In this document: in pieces, positions 26,557-35,046 of the stretch
How positions within the stretch are numbered: position 1 is the first letter of the stretch
Layout: each line of letters opens with the position of its first letter
Source: an uncultured Bacteroidaceae bacterium
GTDB lineage: Bacteria; Bacteroidota; Bacteroidia; Bacteroidales; SM23-62
DNA: 52,322 nt
NCBI GenBank assembly: GCA_964540005.1
Contig: CAZILN010000185.1
Span: 1-52,322, forward strand
Direction of reading: 5' to 3'
Notes under the pieces: generated by a model
Database searches by the model: none
What the model saw: the letters and a program-made list of their open reading frames with translations, nothing else
What the model was told of the DNA's origin: nothing
Program-made: the position numbers and the translations under genes

Positions 26557-27858
26557 ATGACAGAATTAACAGCAGATTATGATGTTCTGGTCATCGGGGG
26601 AGGCATAGCCGGGGAAGAGGCTGCCTTAAACCTTGCATATTCGGGTTTTAAGATCCTGCTTGTTGAGAAGGATTTTTCAATCGGTGGCAAAATGATCCAC
26701 CTGAGCAAGGTTTTTCCCACCCTTGACTGCGCTGCCTGCATCACCACACCAAAAGTATCGGAAACGGTCAGGCATCCGAATATTACCATATTTACCAGCT
26801 CTGAGGTCCGGGATATAGAAAAGCAAGCGGACAATAGTTTTTCCTTCACCCTGGTTGAAAACCCGAGATACGTGACAGATGATTGCACAGGCTGCCAGGT
26901 CTGTGAGGAAAAATGTCCCATCGTTGTGGATGACCAGTATCAATGGGACCTGGTAGGCAGAAAAGCAATATATATACCATTCAGTATTGCGAGTCCGCGC
27001 ATCGCGGCTATTGATATCGAGAATTGTATACTCTGTGGATTATGCGAGAAATTATGTCCTGCGGACGCTATTGACTTTACCCAGGAAATAAGACAGAGTA
27101 CTGTTACAGTCAGATCAATCATCTTCGCAACCGGTTTCAGGCTTTTCGATCCGCTGCAAATGCCACGGTACGGTTTCGGACAATATAAGAATGTGGTTAC
27201 TTCCATGCAAATGGAAAGACAGCTGGTTCCCACCCGGCCGTATAACACCGTACTGCGTCCGGGGGACGGCAAAGTACCTGATAATATTGCCTATGTCCTG
27301 TGTACAGGTTCCCGCGATGAGAGCATCGGAAACCCTATCTGTTCCCAGGTTTGCTGCATGTATTCCATTAAGCAGGCACAACTGCTGATGGGTGCCTTAC
27401 CCATGGCCGATATTACTATTTATTATATCAATATAAGAGCCTTTGGTAAAGGATTCAATGAGTTTTATGAACAATCAAAAGATATGGGGGTTGAATTCGT
27501 AAAGGCAAAAATTGCAAAAATCGACAAAAAAGAGAACGGAAACCTGGTCCTAAGGTATGAAGACATTAAGGAAGCGAAAATTATGGAGACCGAACATGAT
27601 ATGGTAGTATTATCGATTGGTTTTCTCGCAAATACTGAGTTCTCAGGGATGTTTAAAAATGATTCGGTTGAAGAGGACAGTTATCATTTTATAAAACAAA
27701 CGCAGGTATTGGCCAGTCCGGCAAAAACAAGCATTGAAGGGATTTTTGTTGCCGGAACTGCATCAGGACCCATGGATATTCCTGACTCTATCCTGTCTGC
27801 CGGGGCAGCTTCTTCCGAAACGGCCGGTTATATCAGGAGGCTTAGCAATGAAGAATAA
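26557..27858 (+). CDS. HdrA-like FAD/Fe-S oxidoreductase, short form (QmoA-like architecture)
   Basis: The start is reassigned to MTELTADYDVLVIGGGIAGEEAA (FAD dinucleotide fold). Also present: LDCAACITTPK, the ferredoxin insert CTGCQVCEEKCP / CILCGLCEKLCP, CSQVCCMYS and FVAGTASGPMDIPDS. 433 aa. Confidence 0.85.
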   Translation: MTELTADYDVLVIGGGIAGEEAALNLAYSGFKILLVEKDFSIGGKMIHLSKVFPTLDCAACITTPKVSETVRHPNITIFTSSEVRDIEKQADNSFSFTLVENPRYVTDDCTGCQVCEEKCPIVVDDQYQWDLVGRKAIYIPFSIASPRIAAIDIENCILCGLCEKLCPADAIDFTQEIRQSTVTVRSIIFATGFRLFDPLQMPRYGFGQYKNVVTSMQMERQLVPTRPYNTVLRPGDGKVPDNIAYVLCTGSRDESIGNPICSQVCCMYSIKQAQLLMGALPMADITIYYINIRAFGKGFNEFYEQSKDMGVEFVKAKIAKIDKKENGNLVLRYEDIKEAKIMETEHDMVVLSIGFLANTEFSGMFKNDSVEEDSYHFIKQTQVLASPAKTSIEGIFVAGTASGPMDIPDSILSAGAASSETAGYIRRLSNEE

Positions 27859-29782
27859 AATAGGTGTATATATCTGTCAGTGTGGTTCAAACATCTCCGA
27901 TTATGTTGATGTAGAAAAAGTCAAAGATATTGTATCCGCACGGGACGGGGTCAAACTGGCAAAAACAACCATGTTTGCCTGCGCAGATTCGGTCCAGAAA
28001 GAGATCGTCCAGGATATACAAGAAAACGAACTGGATGCTATTGTTATCGCTTCCTGTTCACCGAAACTGCATTTATTCACCTTTCGTGCTGTGGCTGAAC
28101 GTGCCGGCCTGAATCCCTATAATTATGTCCAGGTAAATATACGTGAACAATGTTCATGGGCCCATTCTGACAATCCGGTCAAAGCCACGGATAAAGCAAT
28201 CCGGCTGATCGAAGCAGGTATAGCACGGGTCAGGCATTCTGCAGCACTGGAGAAAATTAAGATCGAAGCTCAGAATACTGTTGTAGTTGTTGGCGCCGGC
28301 ATAGCAGGCATGCGTGCCGCTATTGAACTTGCTGATATGGGATCACAGGTCTTTTTGATTGAAAGGGAATATTATACAGGGGGCAGGCTTGCTCAATGGA
28401 ATGAACTTTATCCCAGCAGCGAATCCGGACACGATATCATCGCCGGGCTTTATAAGCAATTGATCAATCACAGGAACATAAGAGTTTATACCGGGGCGGA
28501 GATTGTTTCAAATACGGGAATTATGGGTGACTATACAATAGAAGTCAGCATCAGGCCCAGGTATATCAGTACGGATACCAGGATAGATGCTGCAGTGCTG
28601 CAGAAGGCTATAGATGCCTGTCCTGTTGAAACAGATGATGATTTTAATTTTAATCTTACCATTAGGAAGGCCATTTATAAAAACCCTACGGGCACATATC
28701 CTGACATACCTGTAATCGATGTTGGATCCTGCAATAAATGCGGTGAATGCCTTAAAATATGTAAGGATATAGATCTTGAACGAAAATCCGAAACAGTAGA
28801 GATCCATGCAGGGGCCATTTTACTGGCAACCGGTTTCGACCTTTATGAACCCCAGCCCGGGGAGTTTGCTTACTCCCGGATAGACAATGTTATTACATTT
28901 CAGCAATTCAGGCGGTTGATAGAACTGAATGAAAAGGAGCTGGTTTATAAGAACAGGACTATCAGGAACATCGCCTATATATACTGCGTGGGGAGCCGGC
29001 AGGCAGATAATGGCAATAAATATTGCTCACGTTATTGTTGCACGGCTGCCATCCATTCAGCTATCCTGGCAAGGAAAAAATACCCCGGCATAAATAATTT
29101 TCATTTTACCAGGGGGATAAGGACATACGGTAAACAGGAAGTGATATACCAGGAAAGTCTGAATAATGGTGACCTGTTCATGCAATCCTTCGAAGATGAT
29201 CCCCCTGTAGTAGAAAAACAGGGTAATGAGACTATTGTAAAGATCAGGGATGTTCTGACTGAAAACACAGAACTTGAAGTGAGTGCAGACCTGGTTGTGC
29301 TGATTACCGCTATGGTTCCCCGTAAGGATAATTCCATAGCCGGTATCCTGAAAGTTCCCCTCGGGCGTGATAATTTTTTCAATGAAATTCATCCAAAACT
29401 CCGTCCTGTTGAGACAGTTATCGATGGCGTGTTTATTGCAGGGGTTTGCCAGGGACCAAAAAACATAACTGAATCAGTACAATCGGCATTATCTGCCGCA
29501 TCAAAAGCATATTCCATGCTCAGCAAAGGGGAAATAGAACTGGAACCCACCCTTGCCAGGATAGATAAGAGCCTTTGTCAGTGGTGTGATAAATGCCTGG
29601 AAGTATGTCCCTATGATGCAATTGTTAAAACAGAGCATGAAGGCAAAACGGTAGCTGTTGTTAATGAGCCAAACTGTAAGGGCTGTGGGATGTGCTTACC
29701 GGTTTGTCCGGAAAATGCAATTGATCTTATTGGTTATACGGATAAGGAAATTGAAAGTATGATAGATGCCATGGCGGAATAA
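27848..29782 (+). CDS. hdrA: HdrA-like heterodisulfide reductase subunit A homologue, long form
   Basis: The start is reassigned to MKNKIGVYICQCGSNI (HdrA N-terminal domain) and overlaps the previous stop by 11 nt. It has a FAD fold VVVVGAGIAGMRAA, CSRYCCTAAIH, the insert CNKCGECLKIC and the C-terminal 2x[4Fe-4S] CQWCDKCLEVCP / CKGCGMCLPVCP. 644 aa. Confidence 0.88.
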   Translation: MKNKIGVYICQCGSNISDYVDVEKVKDIVSARDGVKLAKTTMFACADSVQKEIVQDIQENELDAIVIASCSPKLHLFTFRAVAERAGLNPYNYVQVNIREQCSWAHSDNPVKATDKAIRLIEAGIARVRHSAALEKIKIEAQNTVVVVGAGIAGMRAAIELADMGSQVFLIEREYYTGGRLAQWNELYPSSESGHDIIAGLYKQLINHRNIRVYTGAEIVSNTGIMGDYTIEVSIRPRYISTDTRIDAAVLQKAIDACPVETDDDFNFNLTIRKAIYKNPTGTYPDIPVIDVGSCNKCGECLKICKDIDLERKSETVEIHAGAILLATGFDLYEPQPGEFAYSRIDNVITFQQFRRLIELNEKELVYKNRTIRNIAYIYCVGSRQADNGNKYCSRYCCTAAIHSAILARKKYPGINNFHFTRGIRTYGKQEVIYQESLNNGDLFMQSFEDDPPVVEKQGNETIVKIRDVLTENTELEVSADLVVLITAMVPRKDNSIAGILKVPLGRDNFFNEIHPKLRPVETVIDGVFIAGVCQGPKNITESVQSALSAASKAYSMLSKGEIELEPTLARIDKSLCQWCDKCLEVCPYDAIVKTEHEGKTVAVVNEPNCKGCGMCLPVCPENAIDLIGYTDKEIESMIDAMAE

Positions 29783-29799
29783 GGATAAAAATTTCGGAA

Positions 29800-30075
29800 A
29801 TGAAAAAAACAATTGATCATATCAAGGAGAAAAGGACGGTTTCCGAGGAATTAAAAGAAAAGCGTAAAGAGGACAACAGGATCAATAAACTGATCCTTAA
29901 AGCACTTGAATCCGGACCAAAGACCATTCCCCGGATTGCAGGGGAAACCGGGCTCGCGGAAGATATTGTTACCTATTATCTGATGACCCTCAGGAAATAC
30001 GGAAAGCTGGAAACCGGAGAGATTGATGATATGGATGAGTATTTCAACTATAAACTGAAACAGAAAAATGAATAA
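29800..30075 (+). CDS. Small winged-helix DNA-binding-like protein
   Basis: 91 aa. ILKALESGPKTIPRIAGETGLAEDIVTYYLMTLRKYGKL resembles a wHTH (ArsR/MarR-like) core. It is the last gene of the HdrA operon. Confidence 0.55.
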   Translation: MKKTIDHIKEKRTVSEELKEKRKEDNRINKLILKALESGPKTIPRIAGETGLAEDIVTYYLMTLRKYGKLETGEIDDMDEYFNYKLKQKNE

Positions 30076-30248
30076 CAAAGTGCCAATAAATCAAAGAGTT
30101 AATTCATTTGAAATTATTTACTGTTGAATTTTACGCCATATGCTGTATATTTCAACACTCCCTCTAAGTATTTAATTACCAGGTTAGTACAATGATCAAT
30201 TATTTCAGGTGTTGATATTCTCAGCAGTTTATCACCTGGACAGGCTTT

Positions 30249-30279
30249 TTGTACATCAATGTAAGATATTGATATACAA
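30249..30279. promoter_or_regulatory. Imperfect palindrome TTGTACATCAAT-N7-ATTGATATACAA (candidate enhancer-binding-protein site)
   Basis: 12-bp arms with one mismatch, centred about 42 nt upstream of the GG of the putative -24 element. Confidence 0.45.
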
Positions 30280-30304
30280 TGCAATATGACCTGTTTTTTT
30301 AGTT

Positions 30305-30319
30305 TGGCACCATGTTTGG
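30305..30319 (+). promoter_or_regulatory. Candidate sigma-54 (-24/-12) promoter TGGCAC-N5-TTGG
   Basis: TGGCACCATGTTTGG matches the consensus TGGCAC-N5-TTGC with correct spacing and one mismatch at -12. It lies about 60 nt upstream of the ATG at 30381, and a sigma-54 activator is encoded in the same locus. Confidence 0.55.
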
Positions 30320-30380
30320 GATACCTGCTCAAAAGAAAGTTTACGGCAGTTCAGATGCCACCAACTAAAATTTGAGAAAA

Positions 30381-32066
30381 ATGAAAACAATTATTGTATT
30401 GATTTCAACAGTAACACTTCTGACTGCAACATTTGCAAATGGAGTGTCAAAAGGGAAAAGCCAACCCGCGACAGACTCCATTCATATCCTGTGTAGTCCC
30501 GACCTGGTGGAAATAGCCGGCACATGGGCTGCAAAATACACAAGTGATAATCCGGGAGCCGGCCTGTCGGTAAGCAGGATACCTGACCAAGGCTTGGATG
30601 ATATGTTGCAGACCGCCGGTACTATCTCTCTTGTCAGTAAGAAATACCTCCCTAATGCAGCCGGCCAGCGAACATGGAAGATGGTAGTAGGCCGGGATGT
30701 TGTTGTACCTGTTATGAATTCTGAAAACCCATACAGGGAGGAGATATTGCAGAAAGGGATCTCGCCTGAGGAATTTGCCGAACTTGTCAGTACTCCGGGC
30801 CGGCTTAGCTGGGGAATACTATTGAACAATACAGTTTCAGATCCTGTTAGGCCTTATTCTGCTAGCGATCAGTCTACCAGGACTTACCTGGCTGAATTCC
30901 TTGAGATAGATCAGCATTATATCACAGGGATAGAAACTGAAAATGCAGATGAGATGCTGAACTGCATCAGAAATGACAGGTTTGCCATTGGCTTTTGCCG
31001 GCTGACGGATATACTGGAGACCGGGGACAATGAAGTTATACCTGGAATAAGCCTTATACCGGTTGACAAGAACGGGAATGATCAGCTTGACCTTTTTGAG
31101 GATATTTATAATAATACCGGTGAACTGACCAGGGGTATCTGGATTGGCAAGTACCCGGGTACCTTATACAGCAGGTTGTATATGGTGGCCGCTGCCCGGC
31201 CGACCAGCGATAATGAACTGGCATTTATGGAATGGCTTGTCACCGAAGGTCAGCAATACCTGCCGGAGGATGGGTTCACAAGCCTGATTTACAGTGAGAG
31301 GCAATCTATGCTGCATAGTATTTATGACTACGGCATCCCTGTTGTTGATGTTCCTGTCAGAAGGGCTTCACAGCTAAAGTTATTCCTGATTATTACCGGA
31401 GCACTGCTGCTTGTTGCCATAATCCTTTATTTGCTTGCCAGGATCTTCAGGACCGGGAAATGGGAGGATGAAACAGTCGATGTCTGCCGCCTGTCTGTTT
31501 TCAGGGAAAACGCTGTTACATTTCCTACAGGATTATTTTTTGATAAAACTCATACATGGACCTTTATGGAAAAAGACGGCCGGGTACGAACCGGTATTGA
31601 TGATTTTCTTCAGCATGTAACAGGCCCCATTACAAGGGTGAAAATGAAGAAAGCCGGCGACAGGGTCGTTAAAGGAGAAACATTCCTTTCACTGATCCAG
31701 CGAGGCAAACAACTTGATATTCAATCGCCTGTATCAGGGATCATCAGGGAACAGAATTCAGAACTGGTTGCAGACTCGGAAACAATTAATGATGCTCCCT
31801 TTTCCGCTGGCTGGGTGTATGTAGTTGAACCCGGCAACTGGCTGAAAGAGATCAATACTTATCTCATGGGGGATAAGTACAGGGAATGGTTAAAAACCGA
31901 ATTTTCACGACTGAAGAATTTCCTGGCATCGGGCTTAAAACCCATGGAAACCGTAAATCCTGAACTCGTATTGCAGGATGGGGGTGAGATCAGGGACGGG
32001 GTACTTGAGTGTTATGGCCCGGAGGCATGGGAAGAATTTCAGTCCGGGTTCCTGCATACGGTTTGA
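30381..32066 (+). CDS. Fusion protein: signal peptide - PstS-like periplasmic binding domain - TM helix - GcvH-like domain
   Basis: ATG at 30381 (MKTIIVLISTVTLLTATFA) is preferred. The PBP-like N-terminal half includes IHILCSPDLVEIAGTWAAKY and VGRDVVVPVMNSENP. One TM helix (LFLIITGALLLVAIILYLLARIF) follows. The C-terminal part, HTWTFMEKDGRVRTGIDDFLQHVTG...GKQLDIQSPVSGII...PFSAGWVYVVEP, aligns along its length to the glycine-cleavage H-protein fold. Confidence 0.7.
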   Translation: MKTIIVLISTVTLLTATFANGVSKGKSQPATDSIHILCSPDLVEIAGTWAAKYTSDNPGAGLSVSRIPDQGLDDMLQTAGTISLVSKKYLPNAAGQRTWKMVVGRDVVVPVMNSENPYREEILQKGISPEEFAELVSTPGRLSWGILLNNTVSDPVRPYSASDQSTRTYLAEFLEIDQHYITGIETENADEMLNCIRNDRFAIGFCRLTDILETGDNEVIPGISLIPVDKNGNDQLDLFEDIYNNTGELTRGIWIGKYPGTLYSRLYMVAAARPTSDNELAFMEWLVTEGQQYLPEDGFTSLIYSERQSMLHSIYDYGIPVVDVPVRRASQLKLFLIITGALLLVAIILYLLARIFRTGKWEDETVDVCRLSVFRENAVTFPTGLFFDKTHTWTFMEKDGRVRTGIDDFLQHVTGPITRVKMKKAGDRVVKGETFLSLIQRGKQLDIQSPVSGIIREQNSELVADSETINDAPFSAGWVYVVEPGNWLKEINTYLMGDKYREWLKTEFSRLKNFLASGLKPMETVNPELVLQDGGEIRDGVLECYGPEAWEEFQSGFLHTV

Positions 32067-32113
32067 TAAGACAAAAAAGTTATTTAACATAATTAATTTA
32101 TTCTAATCTGATA

Positions 32114-32989
32114 ATGGGAATCAATCGACGAAATTTTTTCAAAGTACTTGGTTTGACAGGCGTATCACTGGGAACAGGCAAGAAGCTTGTTGCCATGCCT
32201 GATCAGGGAGATGATAAGGAATTCCGGGCCATCCTCTATGATGCAACCCGTTGCGGGGGGTGCCAGAGTTGTGAACTTGTATGTGCCTGGGAACATGATT
32301 TGCCTGAACCGGATCCTGAGGATATCCCCGTAGCGGGGATTCTCCGGAAGACCAATGAAAACAGGCGTTCTGTAATTAATGCTTATGAGACTTCCAGGGG
32401 GGAAGTATATGTTAAAAACCAGTGTATGCAGTGCAATCAGCCTGCCTGCGCTGCTGCCTGCCTGACCAGGGCCATGTATAAAACCGAGGAGGGACCCGTA
32501 ATCTGGAGGGGTGATAAGTGCATGGGCTGCCGGTACTGCATGGTCTCCTGTCCCTTTGATGTGCCTAAATTCGAATACAACAGTCCGAACCCTAAAATTG
32601 AAAAATGCAATATGTGTTTTGAAAAGGTAAAAGAGGGTGAGCTACCGGTCTGTGTCGAGAACTGCCCGGCTGAGGCCCTTACATTCGGGACCCGAAGGGA
32701 GCTGATTGCCGAGGCGCACAGGAGGATACATGATGACCCTGATCTGTACTATGACGGGGTTTATGGTGAACATGAAGCAGGAGGAACAGGATTTTTATAT
32801 CTCTCACCGGTCCCTTTCGAGGAGCTGGGATTCAATACCTCACTTCTGGACAGGCCTTATCCTGAATTAACAAAAGGATTCCTGTACTCTGTGCCTACAA
32901 TTTTTGTTTTGTGGCCCGCATTGTTACTGGGAATACACAATTCAACAAAGAATAATTCAAATAAGCCTGACCAGGATGAAGATGAATAA
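32114..32989 (+). CDS. NrfC/DsrO/HybA-type periplasmic 4x[4Fe-4S] ferredoxin subunit with Tat signal and C-terminal TM anchor
   Basis: Tat motif INRRNFFKVLGLTG. Four Cys clusters: CGGCQSCELVC, CMQCNQPACAAAC, CMGCRYCMVSCP and CNMC...CVENCP. Hydrophobic tail VPTIFVLWPALLLGI. Confidence 0.85.
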   Translation: MGINRRNFFKVLGLTGVSLGTGKKLVAMPDQGDDKEFRAILYDATRCGGCQSCELVCAWEHDLPEPDPEDIPVAGILRKTNENRRSVINAYETSRGEVYVKNQCMQCNQPACAAACLTRAMYKTEEGPVIWRGDKCMGCRYCMVSCPFDVPKFEYNSPNPKIEKCNMCFEKVKEGELPVCVENCPAEALTFGTRRELIAEAHRRIHDDPDLYYDGVYGEHEAGGTGFLYLSPVPFEELGFNTSLLDRPYPELTKGFLYSVPTIFVLWPALLLGIHNSTKNNSNKPDQDEDE

Positions 32990-34211
32990 AGCAGATTATA
33001 TCTTACCGCAAGATAATGACGGCAGGCCGGTTGTCAAATTCCTGGCTGCCGAACTCAAACCCAGGGGCAGGTTCCTGACTCCCTTCAATATCATTTCCTT
33101 ACCAATCATGATCCTAGGCATTGTGTTGATAGTCATTCGTTTTGCCAGGGGTATAGGTTCCATTACCAACCTTACCCAGGAAGTGCCCTGGGGCCTGTGG
33201 ATAGGATTTGATGTGGTAACAGGTGTTGCATTTGCCGGCGGAGCCTATGTTATAACATTCCTGGTCTATATTCTGAATGTGAAAAAGTATCATTCGATTG
33301 TCAGGGTGACAGTATTGAACGGGTTCCTGGCCTATGTATTTTATGCCGGTGCACTGCTTCTTGATCTTGGAAGACCATGGAATGTCATAAATCCTATCAT
33401 AGGGAACAGTTTCGGTGTCAGTTCTGTTCTGTTTCTTGTTGCCTGGCATTTCCTGCTTTACATGATAGCCCAGCTTATAGAATTCTCCCCGGCAATTGCC
33501 GAATGGTTAGGAGCCAGAAAAGCCAGAAAGATACTTTCGGGTATGACACTTGCCGCTGTCATTTTCGGAATCACCCTTTCCACTTTGCACCAGTCAGGTT
33601 TGGGAGCGCTGTACCTTATGGCCAAAGAAAAGATACATCCCTTGTGGTATTCTGAATTCATTCCCATCCTGTTCTTTGTGTCCAGCATTTTCGCAGGCCT
33701 GTCCATGGTGATTTTTGAAGGCTCGATCAGCCAGAAAGTCTTTTTTAAACAGATCAGTCCTGAGAATCATAAAACACACAATGGGATCCTGCATGGTTTG
33801 TCAAAGATTTGTGCCTTTACCCTCTTTGTATACTTTTTCCTGCAACTGCTTGTATTTGTACACGGACAGCACTGGGATCTGATTGGTACACCTATGGGTT
33901 ACTGGTACCTGACCGAGATGCTGGGATTTGTTCTGGTACCCATGCTGCTCTTTTTCTACAGTTACAGGAAACAGAACATTTTCATGATCAAGCTTGCCGC
34001 AATCATTACCATGCTGGGAGTAATAATAAACAGGCTGAACGTCACCGTCATTGGATTTAAATGGGATGCTGCTAATCATTACTATCCTTCATGGATGGAA
34101 ATTGTTGTAACGCTGACCGTCCTTTTTATCGAGATATGGATTTTCAGGTGGATAGTGAATCGCCTGCCGGTACTCAGGGACCCCCCGGCCTGGGCAAGGG
34201 AAAGTAATTAA
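32976..34211 (+). CDS. NrfD/PsrC/DsrP-type integral membrane quinone-interacting subunit
   Basis: The start is reassigned to MKMNKADY and overlaps the NrfC-like stop. About 410 aa, 8-10 TM helices, and the family-typical blocks WGLWIGFDVVTGVAFAGGAY and LGRPWN. Confidence 0.82.
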   Translation: MKMNKADYILPQDNDGRPVVKFLAAELKPRGRFLTPFNIISLPIMILGIVLIVIRFARGIGSITNLTQEVPWGLWIGFDVVTGVAFAGGAYVITFLVYILNVKKYHSIVRVTVLNGFLAYVFYAGALLLDLGRPWNVINPIIGNSFGVSSVLFLVAWHFLLYMIAQLIEFSPAIAEWLGARKARKILSGMTLAAVIFGITLSTLHQSGLGALYLMAKEKIHPLWYSEFIPILFFVSSIFAGLSMVIFEGSISQKVFFKQISPENHKTHNGILHGLSKICAFTLFVYFFLQLLVFVHGQHWDLIGTPMGYWYLTEMLGFVLVPMLLFFYSYRKQNIFMIKLAAIITMLGVIINRLNVTVIGFKWDAANHYYPSWMEIVVTLTVLFIEIWIFRWIVNRLPVLRDPPAWARESN

Positions 34212-34231
34212 GAACTATAAATAGTAAAAAA

Positions 34232-34951
34232 ATGAACGGATTTACATATACTGATATTTTTGACACCAAAGGCATTGAATACCTGATAATAATAGGGTTC
34301 CTGCTGTTGATCATTCCCGTATGGATACTGATAAACAGGCCCCTGAACCTGGGAATGAAAGTCAGGGAGGCGCTGGGGACACTGACAGATCGTATACTGC
34401 GCATCCCCCAGGGATTGTTCTACAGTAAAAATCATACCTGGACCTACCTGGAGAAATCGGGACTGGCAAGGGTGGGGATAAATGATCTCCTGCAGCATAT
34501 TACAGGCAGGATAGAACTGAACGATCTGCATGTTCCGGGGGAAAGGATAAATAAGGGCGATGTAATTGCACGGATCATACAGGATGGTAAGCACCTGGAC
34601 ATAACTTCTCCCATTTCCGGGGAGATACAGAAAGTTCATACCTCATTGGAACAGGATTCTGGCACCATCAATAAGGACCCATATGGTGAAGGCTGGATAT
34701 ATAAGATCAAACCGCATAGGTGGCTTGACGACACCTTTAGCTGTTACCTGGCTGGAGAAGCTACCGAATGGCTGAATAAGGAACTGAGAAGGTTTAAGGA
34801 TTTCCTGCTTGAAGCAATTAACCGTGATGCACCGGAATCATCTGCGGTAATAATGCAGGAAGGGGGAGAAATGTCCGATAATCCGCTTTCAGGAATGAGT
34901 AAGACAATCTGGAATGACTTCCAGAAAATGTTCCTCGACACAATAGACTGA
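34232..34951 (+). CDS. Membrane-anchored GcvH-like protein (paralogue of the C-terminal half of the 30381 fusion)
   Basis: N-terminal TM helix (IEYLIIIGFLLLIIPVWILI), then YSKNHTWTYLEKSGLARVGINDLLQHITG...GKHLDITSPISGEI...PYGEGWIYKIKP. This aligns to E. coli GcvH (YSKEHEWL...VGIT...ESVKAASDIYAPVSGEI...PYAGGWIFKIK) and continues into a tail shared with the fusion protein (EWL..EL.R.K.FL). Confidence 0.75.
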   Translation: MNGFTYTDIFDTKGIEYLIIIGFLLLIIPVWILINRPLNLGMKVREALGTLTDRILRIPQGLFYSKNHTWTYLEKSGLARVGINDLLQHITGRIELNDLHVPGERINKGDVIARIIQDGKHLDITSPISGEIQKVHTSLEQDSGTINKDPYGEGWIYKIKPHRWLDDTFSCYLAGEATEWLNKELRRFKDFLLEAINRDAPESSAVIMQEGGEMSDNPLSGMSKTIWNDFQKMFLDTID

Positions 34952-35046
34952 AAAGTGTCAGTTAAAGAGATATAGATACAATCAATTTATGTAAATTTTA
35001 AAGATAATTTGAATCCCGGTCGACCCTGATATAAAATGACGCAAAC

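Noticed and set aside
30114-30332. 72-aa minus-strand ORF in the gap between the HdrA operon and the PBP-GcvH gene. It has a faint resemblance (YIDV...) to the N-terminus of IS200/RayT-like tyrosine transposases.
   Set aside because: It has no HUH motif or catalytic Tyr region, and the spacing of the similar residues does not fit the family. No terminal repeats are present. Its 5' end overlaps the sigma-54-like promoter and the palindrome, which better explain conservation of this DNA.
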